From a bacterium (lineage in GTDB: Bacteria; Bacillota_I; Bacilli_A; RF39; UBA660): 64,000 nucleotides of DNA. The stretch is taken from the NCBI GenBank assembly GCA_963641945.1, contig CAVIDW010000003.1, positions 16,874 through 80,873 of the forward strand, in the 5' to 3' direction. The notes beneath the pieces were generated by a model. The model was given only the letters and a program-made list of their open reading frames with translations. It had not been told where the DNA came from and did not search any database. Made by a program: the position numbers and the translations under genes. Position 1 is the stretch's first letter. Each line of letters begins with the position of its first letter. Below are positions 56,689-64,000 of the stretch, one piece after another.

Positions 56689-56707
56689 AAAAATAACCAT
56701 TTTTTTA
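56681..56707 (+). terminator. intrinsic terminator closing the 50-56.7 kb operon
   Basis: ATGGTTA-AAAAAA-TAACCAT followed by T7. It overlaps the stop codon. Confidence 0.7.
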
Positions 56708-56743
56708 TGTAAAAAATTTTGTGTGAAAATTTTATTTTAAGTG

Positions 56744-56772
56744 TTTACATTTTTAATTTTTACTCTTATAAT
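56744..56772 (+). promoter_or_regulatory. sigma-A-like promoter for lon
   Basis: TTTACA (56744-56749), a 17-nt spacer and TATAAT (56767-56772). Confidence 0.55.
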
Positions 56773-56805
56773 AAATACCCATAAGACGAGGAGGCAGGCA
56801 TACAA

Positions 56806-59121
56806 ATGATTAAAAGCAATTTACCAGTTATCTTGTTAAAGAACCTAGTCTTACTACCTCACCAAGAAGTTAGAGTTGAAATTAAAAGTGAAGTAAGTAA
56901 AAAAGTCACTGAAATTTCCTCAATTTATCATGATAATGAAGTATTAGTTGTATGTCCTCTAAATTCACTTGAAGAAAAACCAGATATTTCAGATTTGCCT
57001 AGAATCGGAGTAGTCGGTAAAATAAAAAATGTTATTGAATTACCAAATGGAAATAAAAGAATAATTATTTCTGGCCTTTATAGAGTAAAAGTAATAAGTT
57101 ATGTAAATTATACAAATGAAGAAGACATTTTAGACAGTATTATAACAAATATAGACATGCATGATGCAGAAATAGAAGAAACTGCATATCATAGAAAATT
57201 AATAAATGAATTAGAAAATTATGTTAGCAAAAATCCGTTCATAACCAATTCTATTATGTCTATGGTAAAAGGAAATATATCACTTGATAAACTAACTGAT
57301 ATAATAGGTGCATTTTTACAATTATCTTTTGATAAAAAATTATCATTAATGCTTGATAGTAGTCCAATAAGTAGAAGTAAAACTTTAATAAAAGAATTAG
57401 CTATAGAAAGTGCAGTAATAGATTTAGAAGGACACATAGAAACTGAAATCAAAAAAGGATTAGATGATACTCAAAAAGAATTTATATTAAAAGAAAAATT
57501 AAAAGTAATCAAGAATGAATTAGGTGAATCTAATACAAAAGATGAAGATGTAATTAATTATAGAGATAAAGTAAAATATGGAGAATATCCAGATAGAATA
57601 AAGATTAAATTAATTAGTGAAATTGAAAGATATAATGCTTCTAGTGAAATGAGTCCAGATGCAGGTATAATTAGAAATTATATTGAGTATTTATTACAAA
57701 TACCATGGTATTATGAAACTAAAGATGAAAAAGATTTACTGAAAATAGAAAAGAAACTAAATACTTCTCACTATGGAATGCAAAATGTTAAAAATAGAAT
57801 AATCGAATACATTGCAGTTAAAAGTATTTCTCCAGACATAAATAGTCCAATATTATGTTTAGTTGGTCCTCCTGGAGTAGGTAAAACAACATTCGCAGAA
57901 TCAATTTCCCATGCATTAAATAGAAATTTTGTAAAGATATCTCTAGGAGGAATGAGCGATTCAGCAGAATTAAATGGACATAGACGAGCATATATAGGTT
58001 CTAACCCAGGAAAAATTGTTACATCATTAATAAAATGTGGAAGTAAAAATCCAGTATTTCTATTAGATGAAGTTGATAAATTAAAAAAAGATTACAAAGG
58101 AGACCCAGCATCTACATTACTTGATATTTTAGATGTAAGTCAAAACAAAAGATTCACAGATAACTATGTAGATGAAGAAATAGATTTAAGTAAAGTATTA
58201 TTTATATTAACAGCAAATGATATAACAAGCATTCCAGTAGCCTTGTTAGATAGATTAGAAATAATAAGCCTAACAGGCTATACTGAAGAAGAAAAATTGT
58301 ATATAGCAGAAAATTATTTAATACCATCTATTCTAAAAAAACATGGATTAAAAAATAATGTCATAAAATTTGAAACAGAAACAATAAGAAAAATAATTTC
58401 AAATTATACAAGTGAATCAGGTGTCAGAGAATTAGAAAGATGTATTAATAAAATAATAAGAAAAGTTATTACAGAACATATAAAAACAAGTAGAAAAATA
58501 GTAAGCGTCAGAATACATGATGAAGATTTAATAAAATATTTAGATCAAGAACTATATTTAAGTAGTGATTACAAAGAAATAACTACTGAAGGAGAAGTAA
58601 GAATAGTGGCATGTACAACACTTGGAGGAGCAATTCTTGATATAGAATGCAGTGATTTTAAAGGAACTGGAAAATACACATTCACAGGATCACTTGGAGA
58701 TGTAACTAAAGAAAGTATTGAAGTATCAATAAGTTATATAAAAAGTAACGCTAAAAAATTTAAAATAAATGAATCATTTTTTTCAGAAAAAGACATTCAT
58801 ATTCATTTTACAGAAGGTGGAATATCAAAAGATGGCCCATCTGCAGGAATTGCAATAACAACAGCTATATTATCTTTAATTAAATCGAAAGTTGTTACAA
58901 GCAACATATCCATGACTGGTGAAATAACTTTAAAAGGTGATATATTAAAAGTAGGCGGAATAAAAGAAAAAGTAATGGCATGCAAAAAAAATAAAATTAC
59001 AACCCTATATATTCCAAAAAGTAATCAACGAGATATAGAATTTTTAGACAAAAATTTAAAAGAAGGAATAGATTTTAAGTATATAGAAAACTATATAGAA
59101 ATATATAATGATCTATTTTAG
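56806..59121 (+). CDS. lon: ATP-dependent Lon protease (LonA)
   Basis: LON N-domain, GPPGVGKTT, LLDEVDK and the KDGPSAGIA catalytic Ser motif. Confidence 0.95.
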   Translation: MIKSNLPVILLKNLVLLPHQEVRVEIKSEVSKKVTEISSIYHDNEVLVVCPLNSLEEKPDISDLPRIGVVGKIKNVIELPNGNKRIIISGLYRVKVISYVNYTNEEDILDSIITNIDMHDAEIEETAYHRKLINELENYVSKNPFITNSIMSMVKGNISLDKLTDIIGAFLQLSFDKKLSLMLDSSPISRSKTLIKELAIESAVIDLEGHIETEIKKGLDDTQKEFILKEKLKVIKNELGESNTKDEDVINYRDKVKYGEYPDRIKIKLISEIERYNASSEMSPDAGIIRNYIEYLLQIPWYYETKDEKDLLKIEKKLNTSHYGMQNVKNRIIEYIAVKSISPDINSPILCLVGPPGVGKTTFAESISHALNRNFVKISLGGMSDSAELNGHRRAYIGSNPGKIVTSLIKCGSKNPVFLLDEVDKLKKDYKGDPASTLLDILDVSQNKRFTDNYVDEEIDLSKVLFILTANDITSIPVALLDRLEIISLTGYTEEEKLYIAENYLIPSILKKHGLKNNVIKFETETIRKIISNYTSESGVRELERCINKIIRKVITEHIKTSRKIVSVRIHDEDLIKYLDQELYLSSDYKEITTEGEVRIVACTTLGGAILDIECSDFKGTGKYTFTGSLGDVTKESIEVSISYIKSNAKKFKINESFFSEKDIHIHFTEGGISKDGPSAGIAITTAILSLIKSKVVTSNISMTGEITLKGDILKVGGIKEKVMACKKNKITTLYIPKSNQRDIEFLDKNLKEGIDFKYIENYIEIYNDLF

Positions 59122-59147
59122 AAGGAACTTGTGTTCCTTTTTCTTTT
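59122..59147 (+). terminator. intrinsic terminator after lon
   Basis: AAGGAAC-TTGT-GTTCCTT followed by a T-rich run. Confidence 0.8.
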
Positions 59148-59194
59148 GTTCTAAATATATGATTACCTCATATATTTAACTGAAAGGAGAATAT

Positions 59195-59878
59195 ATGAAA
59201 GAAATTATTCCATTAAAAAAAGATATTATTTTTAAAACTAAAATAGGAGAACTAACAAATATTAGTTTAGATCATGATTATAAAATTAATGAAGATATTA
59301 TAGAAGGTACAGTAGTAATAAGTGGTACATATAAACTAACTGAAGCAAGTGTTCAAGAAGAAGAATTCTATTACACAATTCCATTTAGTGTAGCTATATC
59401 AAAAAGAATAGATAAAGATACTATTAATATAGAAATAGATGACTTTAAATATGAACCTTTAAAAGATGTTTTAAAAGTAAATATAGATTTGCTTATTACA
59501 TGTGATGAAAAAGAATCATTAGAAAGTATGCTTAGTAAAGAAGAAAATATAATTGAAGAAAGTGAAGATGATAAAGAAATGAAAAAAGATGATTTAGATG
59601 ATTATATAGATAACTATTTTAATAGTGAAGAAGTTAAAAAAGAAGAAAATATCAAAGAAAGCAAAATTAAAATAGAAGATAATATTAGTAATATAACTAA
59701 TAATTTTGTTAATGAAAATAAATACTATACATACAAAGTTTATATAGTAAGAAGTGGAGATACTATAGAAAATATATGTAATAAATATAATACAACTTTA
59801 GAAGAATTAAAACTTTATAATAATATAGGTGAATTAAATGTAGGAGATAAAATAATTATCCCACAAGTAAATGACTAA
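59195..59878 (+). CDS. SpoVID-like protein (SPOCS-like N-terminal domain, acidic linker, C-terminal LysM)
   Basis: N-terminal ..GELTNISLDHDYKINEDIIEGTVVISGTY.., an acidic E/D/K linker, and C-terminal LysM (YKVYIVRSGDTIENICNKYNTTLEELKLYNN..VGDKIIIP). Confidence 0.5.
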   Translation: MKEIIPLKKDIIFKTKIGELTNISLDHDYKINEDIIEGTVVISGTYKLTEASVQEEEFYYTIPFSVAISKRIDKDTINIEIDDFKYEPLKDVLKVNIDLLITCDEKESLESMLSKEENIIEESEDDKEMKKDDLDDYIDNYFNSEEVKKEENIKESKIKIEDNISNITNNFVNENKYYTYKVYIVRSGDTIENICNKYNTTLEELKLYNNIGELNVGDKIIIPQVND

Positions 59879-60692
59879 ATATAAAAATAGTGTTCTAATA
59901 GAAGATAAAGTAGTAAAAAAGAAGTATAAAAAAGATTTATTAGAATTATATGACTTTCTTGAAAGTAGAAATTTTGATAATTTTCCAAAAGTAATAGATA
60001 ATGATGAAGAATATATACGAAGTGAATTCATAGAAAGCAAACCACATCATGAAATGACTAAAGGAGTAGAATTTATAAAAGTTGTTTCACTTCTACATTA
60101 TAAAACTCTTTACTTTAAAGAAATAAATAAAAGCAAGTATAAAAATATTTATAATAAATTATCTAGTAATATAGAATATCTAAAAGAACATTATTTGAAT
60201 ATTATAGAAAGCATTGAAGAAGAAGTATATATGTCCCCATCTCACTACTTATTTGCTAGAAATTATTCTGTTATAGATAGTTCACTAAAATATGCTAAAA
60301 GTGAATTAGATAAATGGTATAAAAAAGTAGAAAATAAAACAAAAGAAAGAGTATGTACTAATCACAATAATCTTTCACTAGAACATTTTATATACAGGGA
60401 TAAAGGTTATCTATTAAGTTTTGATAACTATTTGGTTGATACTCCTATTTTAGATTTATATAAATTTTATAGAAAAGAAGGCTATAAACTAGACTTTAAT
60501 TATTTACTTGATATTTATAGTGAAAACTTAACACTTTTAGAAGAAGAGAGAATGCTCTTTAATGTTTTAATTTCTATTCCTCCTAAAATAGAAATGATTA
60601 AAAATGAATACTATAACACTATTAATATAAGTGATAGTTTAAAATATATTTACAGTGGAATAGATGTAGTTAATAAGAAAGAGGAATCATAA
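59871..60692 (+). CDS. CotS/YsxE-like phosphotransferase-fold protein, possibly catalytically degenerate
   Basis: It overlaps the spoVID-like stop, as in the B. subtilis spoVID-ysxE operon. The kinase-like region reads VCTNHNNLSLEHFIY..LLSFDNY where HGDxxxxN and DFD are expected. Confidence 0.4.
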   Translation: MTKYKNSVLIEDKVVKKKYKKDLLELYDFLESRNFDNFPKVIDNDEEYIRSEFIESKPHHEMTKGVEFIKVVSLLHYKTLYFKEINKSKYKNIYNKLSSNIEYLKEHYLNIIESIEEEVYMSPSHYLFARNYSVIDSSLKYAKSELDKWYKKVENKTKERVCTNHNNLSLEHFIYRDKGYLLSFDNYLVDTPILDLYKFYRKEGYKLDFNYLLDIYSENLTLLEEERMLFNVLISIPPKIEMIKNEYYNTINISDSLKYIYSGIDVVNKKEES

Positions 60693-60701
60693 ATGATGAA
60701 T

Positions 60702-60725
60702 GCACACAATTATAAGTGTGCTTTT
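60702..60725 (+). terminator. intrinsic terminator
   Basis: GCACAC-AATTATAA-GTGTGC followed by TTTT. Confidence 0.6.
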
Positions 60726-60820
60726 AAAATGCTTGAAATTATTCTTTAGACTAGTTTTTTTTCTTACTTTGTGATATAATTCCAATAGCGATTTAAACTT
60801 TTAAAGGGAGAGATGATATA

Positions 60821-62470
60821 ATGAGTAAAATAAATATAATGAGTTTAGGTGGCCTAAATGAAAATGGTAAAAACATATATACAGTTAATATAGATGGTAA
60901 AATTTTAATATTTGATTGTGGTATTAAGTATGCACCAGATAAAGTATATGGAATAGATTATGTAATTCCTGATTTTTCTTATCTAGTAAAAAATAAAGAA
61001 AATATTGTAGGATTATTTATATCACATCCACATCATGAAAATATGGGAGCATTAACAGATTTATTGAAACTAATACCAGAATTACAAGTATATGCTTCAC
61101 CTTATACATGTGAAATAATTAAGATGCAATGTGCAGAAGAAAAAGTTCAAATTAAGAATTTAAATGTAATTCCTGTTCATAAAAAAATTAACTTTAAAAA
61201 CTTTAGTGTATTTCCATTCAATGTAACACATAGTAGTCCAGAAACATATGGATTTTCAGTTAATACAGAAGATGGAGCTATAGTTTATATGGCAGACTTT
61301 GTAATAGATCCAACTATGGGTGGACATTATGATATGGATTTAGGAAAATTAGCATATATTGGAAAACAAGGCGTACTTTGTTTGATGGCAGAAAGTGTTT
61401 TTGCCGAAAAGAAAGGACACACAAGTCCAAATCATAAACTAGAAGGATTCTTTAAAAAGTTAGTAGACAAACAAGAAGGAAGAATCATATTTACTGTTTT
61501 ACCATTACATATATATACTATTCAAGAAATATTTAATTCAATAAAAGGAAAAGATAGAAAAGTAGTTATAATGGGAAAAGAACTACATTCAATAGTTAAT
61601 TTATGTATCAAAACAGGATATCTAAATGTAGATGAAAATTTAATTGGTAACTTAACAGACTTAAAAAATGATAATACAATAATTTTAATCAGTAATGATA
61701 GAGAAGCACCATATAGTAATATAAACAGAATATTAGCTGGTCATGATAAATTTATTACATTAGAACAAACTGATACAATATGTTTTGCTGAACCAAGTTA
61801 TGATGCATATGAAAAAATGCTTGTTAAAATTATGAATGAATTGGCTATTAAAGGAGTTAATATTGCACCAATACCAAAAGATAAAAGTGTAAGACATCAT
61901 GCTTCAAGTGAAGATTTAATGTTATTAGTTAAATTATTTAATCCTAAATACTATATGCCTATAAAAGGAGAATACAGATATCAAGTAGTAAATGGTGATT
62001 TAGCTCACGAAGTAGGAGTACCAACAGAAAATATATTACTAAAAGAAAATGGTTACATTGTTACATTTGAAAATGGTAAATTAGTAGATAACTTTGATAG
62101 AGTATTCGTAGATGATATATTAATTGATGGAAAAAGTAGTGAAGATGTAGGAGAATTAGTACTTAAAGATAGAGAATTACTTGGAGAAAATGGTTTAGTA
62201 TTAATATCAGCTACATTAAGTAAAAAAGATAAAAAAATACTAGTAGGTCCAGAAATAATGACAAGAGGATTTATTTATCAAAAAGATAATATGGATATAA
62301 TAGATGAAATTAAAAGAATAAGTTTAGAAAATATAAATGAAAATACATTTAATGAAAAATATGCTGATTATGTTAAAATAAGAAACGAAATGCGTGAAAA
62401 AGTAGGAGCTTATTTATTTAAAACTACTCAATGTAAACCAGTTATTTTAACGGTTATACAAGAAATATAA
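60821..62470 (+). CDS. rnj: ribonuclease J family protein (metallo-beta-lactamase/beta-CASP) with non-canonical motif II
   Basis: 549 aa with RNase J architecture. GGLNENGKN, then ISHPHHENMG where RNase J1 has THGHEDHIG. HASSEDL is also present. Confidence 0.8.
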   Translation: MSKINIMSLGGLNENGKNIYTVNIDGKILIFDCGIKYAPDKVYGIDYVIPDFSYLVKNKENIVGLFISHPHHENMGALTDLLKLIPELQVYASPYTCEIIKMQCAEEKVQIKNLNVIPVHKKINFKNFSVFPFNVTHSSPETYGFSVNTEDGAIVYMADFVIDPTMGGHYDMDLGKLAYIGKQGVLCLMAESVFAEKKGHTSPNHKLEGFFKKLVDKQEGRIIFTVLPLHIYTIQEIFNSIKGKDRKVVIMGKELHSIVNLCIKTGYLNVDENLIGNLTDLKNDNTIILISNDREAPYSNINRILAGHDKFITLEQTDTICFAEPSYDAYEKMLVKIMNELAIKGVNIAPIPKDKSVRHHASSEDLMLLVKLFNPKYYMPIKGEYRYQVVNGDLAHEVGVPTENILLKENGYIVTFENGKLVDNFDRVFVDDILIDGKSSEDVGELVLKDRELLGENGLVLISATLSKKDKKILVGPEIMTRGFIYQKDNMDIIDEIKRISLENINENTFNEKYADYVKIRNEMREKVGAYLFKTTQCKPVILTVIQEI

Positions 62471-62483
62471 GGAAGTGTAAAAA

Positions 62484-63608
62484 ATGATATATTTAGATTA
62501 TAGTGCTACTACTCCAGTAGATGAAAGAGTATTAGATTCTTATTGCAAAGTTACTCGTGAATTTATAGGCAATGCTAATTCAATTCATACTCTTGGAATG
62601 AAATCAAAAGAATTATTAATGCAAGCAACTAATCAAATAGCAGATATATTAAATTGTCATCCAAAAGAATTAATATTCACAAGTGGAGCAAGTGAAAGTA
62701 ATACTACTGCTATAAAAGGAGTAGCATTTAGATATGTAAAAAAAGGTAAACATATAATAACATCAAAGCTAGAACATAAAAGTGTTTTAGAAGTAATGGG
62801 TTATTTAAGCAGTATTGGATATGAAGTAGACTTTGTAAATATTCTTCCTAATGGACAAATAGATTTACATCATTTAGAGAGCCTTATAAGAGAAGATACT
62901 ATATTAGTAAGTATTTGTGCAGTTAATTCAGAGACAGGCTTTAAACAACCTCTAAAAACAATAAGACAAGTTATTAATAAAAAGAATCCAAATGTTATAT
63001 TCCATAGTGACTTAACACAAGCATTAGGAAAAACAAAATTCTATTTAAGCGATTTAGATCTAGCTTCATTCTCATCACATAAAATATATGCTCCTAAAGG
63101 AATAGGAATATTATACAAAAGAAGAGATTTACAAATAGACACATTAATCTATGGTACAACAGAAAATTGTCCATTCAGAGGAGGAACACCTGCATTACCA
63201 TTAGTTGTTTCATTTTCAAAAGCAATGAGATTAATGTATGATAAATTAGACTCAAATATAAAAAAATGTGAAAAATTAAAATCAGAATTATTGAAAGGAC
63301 TTTCAAAATACCCAATTCAAATAAATTCAAATGAATTATGCGTTCCTCAAATAGTTAACTTTAGTTTAATGAAAATTAAATCTGAAACATTTGTACATGC
63401 TTTAGAAAAATATGAAATATATGTTTCAACTACAACTGCATGCTCTTCATTAGAAGAAAGCGTTGTATTAAAAGCATTAGCTAATGGTAATAAAGATGTA
63501 TCAACTACTTCAATAAGAGTAAGTTTATCACATTTAACTACTATGGAAGAAATACAAAAATTCTTAAGTGTATTTGATAAAGTATGGAATGAATTATTAT
63601 TAAAATGA
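62484..63608 (+). CDS. cysteine desulfurase (class V aminotransferase, NifS/IscS-like)
   Basis: YLDYSATTP, SSHKIYAPKGIG (PLP Lys) and a C-terminal region. It is followed by thiI. Confidence 0.85.
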   Translation: MIYLDYSATTPVDERVLDSYCKVTREFIGNANSIHTLGMKSKELLMQATNQIADILNCHPKELIFTSGASESNTTAIKGVAFRYVKKGKHIITSKLEHKSVLEVMGYLSSIGYEVDFVNILPNGQIDLHHLESLIREDTILVSICAVNSETGFKQPLKTIRQVINKKNPNVIFHSDLTQALGKTKFYLSDLDLASFSSHKIYAPKGIGILYKRRDLQIDTLIYGTTENCPFRGGTPALPLVVSFSKAMRLMYDKLDSNIKKCEKLKSELLKGLSKYPIQINSNELCVPQIVNFSLMKIKSETFVHALEKYEIYVSTTTACSSLEESVVLKALANGNKDVSTTSIRVSLSHLTTMEEIQKFLSVFDKVWNELLLK

Positions 63609-64000
63609 ATAGAGTAATATTAATAAAATATGGTGAATTAACTACTAAAAAAGATAATAGAAATTTCTTTATTAAAACATTAAAAAAGAATATTTTTGAA
63701 AAATTATCTTCTTTTGATTTTGAAATACAAGAAGACTATTATAGAATGTTTATTTTTCCAAAAGAAGAAGATATTGATTTTATTGTAAATAAACTTCAAA
63801 ATATATTTGGAATTCATGAAATAGTAGTTGCTATAAAAGATGAAGATACTAGTGAAAAAAACATTGAATCTTTATGTTTAGATGTGCTAAAAGAAGAAAA
63901 ATTTAAGACTTTTAAAGTAGTTACTAATAGAAGTGATAAAAACTATCCAATAAAATCGATGGAAATGAATAATATTTTAGGAAGTTATATTCTAAAAAAT
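63605..64000 (+). CDS. thiI: tRNA 4-thiouridine synthase ThiI, 3'-truncated by window edge
   Basis: ILIKYGELTTKKDNRNFF N-terminal ferredoxin-like/THUMP signature. The ATG forms an ATGA overlap with the upstream stop. Confidence 0.8.
   Translation, partial: MNRVILIKYGELTTKKDNRNFFIKTLKKNIFEKLSSFDFEIQEDYYRMFIFPKEEDIDFIVNKLQNIFGIHEIVVAIKDEDTSEKNIESLCLDVLKEEKFKTFKVVTNRSDKNYPIKSMEMNNILGSYILKN

Noticed and set aside
1-64000. Numerous 60-150 aa antisense or out-of-frame ORFs in the track. Examples are 669..908-, 2127..2372-, 3543..3902-, 5942..6271-, 9984..10247-, 15096..15452-, 29830..30276-, 34756..35103-, 41399..41731- and 50383..50913-.
   Set aside because: Each lies entirely inside a longer ORF with clear family motifs, or opposite one. 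They have low-complexity Ile/Leu/Phe/Ser composition typical of AT-rich antisense frames, and they lack RBSs. I treated them as non-coding.
1-64000. Possibility that TGA is read as Trp (genetic code 4), given the in-frame TGAs at 18061 and 27558.
   Set aside because: TGA cleanly terminates several tightly packed genes (for example 44444, 45880, 49286 and 63608), each with the next start immediately downstream. Trp is encoded by TGG throughout. The two in-frame TGAs sit in otherwise degraded genes.
1-64000. CRISPR arrays, rRNA and tRNA genes.
   Set aside because: I saw no regularly spaced direct repeats, no G+C-rich structured islands of tRNA size in the intergenic regions, and no rRNA-like segments. 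I cannot run tRNAscan or Infernal, so small ncRNAs may have been missed.

Overview
This is a 64 kb stretch of a very AT-rich, Bacillota-type chromosome that uses the standard code. TGA closes several tightly packed genes and TGG encodes Trp throughout. All calls come from reading the ORF translations and the DNA by eye, using motifs and remembered family signatures. No searches were run.

(1) 1-10.8 kb is core housekeeping: mutS (5' partial), rnhC, a tmk/NT5C-like/thyA/folA dTMP operon, a SEDS protein, and rplS-lepB.

(2) About 10.8-32.1 kb is a pseudogene-rich accessory block sitting between lepB and rbgA. It holds a class B sortase, DedA, and a MerR-controlled aldo-keto-reductase/3x flavodoxin/CMD/cupin operon with a textbook 19-bp-spacer promoter. 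It also holds a decayed partial duplicate of that operon's 3' end, a queC stub, an arginine deiminase operon whose carbamate kinase is fused in frame to a YfcC/ArcD-type transporter, an amino-acid ABC importer, HIT, transglutaminase-like and metallophosphoesterase genes, a collagen-like SGNH lipoprotein, and a large-serine-recombinase remnant.

(3) 33.07-56.69 kb is the stand-out locus. At least eight secreted proteins carry TasA/SipW-cognate-type signal peptides, including two tandem Ig-tailed paralogues and an 1137-aa beta-helix-like giant. There are three SipW-like (ER-type S26) peptidase homologues: one canonical but fused to a ~540-aa cytoplasmic extension, one with an altered Asp box, and one without recognisable catalytic motifs. 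An ABC-2-like module with a small secreted CxxC protein is embedded in the locus. Inside the last operon sit a membrane-anchored McrB-like GTPase and a McrC-like partner with no recognisable nuclease motif. I consider this SipW/TasA-like/McrBC-like operon the best candidate for an undescribed system.

(4) 56.8-64 kb returns to core genes: lonA, a spoVID/ysxE-like pair, RNase J with a non-canonical metal motif, cysteine desulfurase and thiI (3' partial).

I recognised no rRNA, tRNA or CRISPR array.
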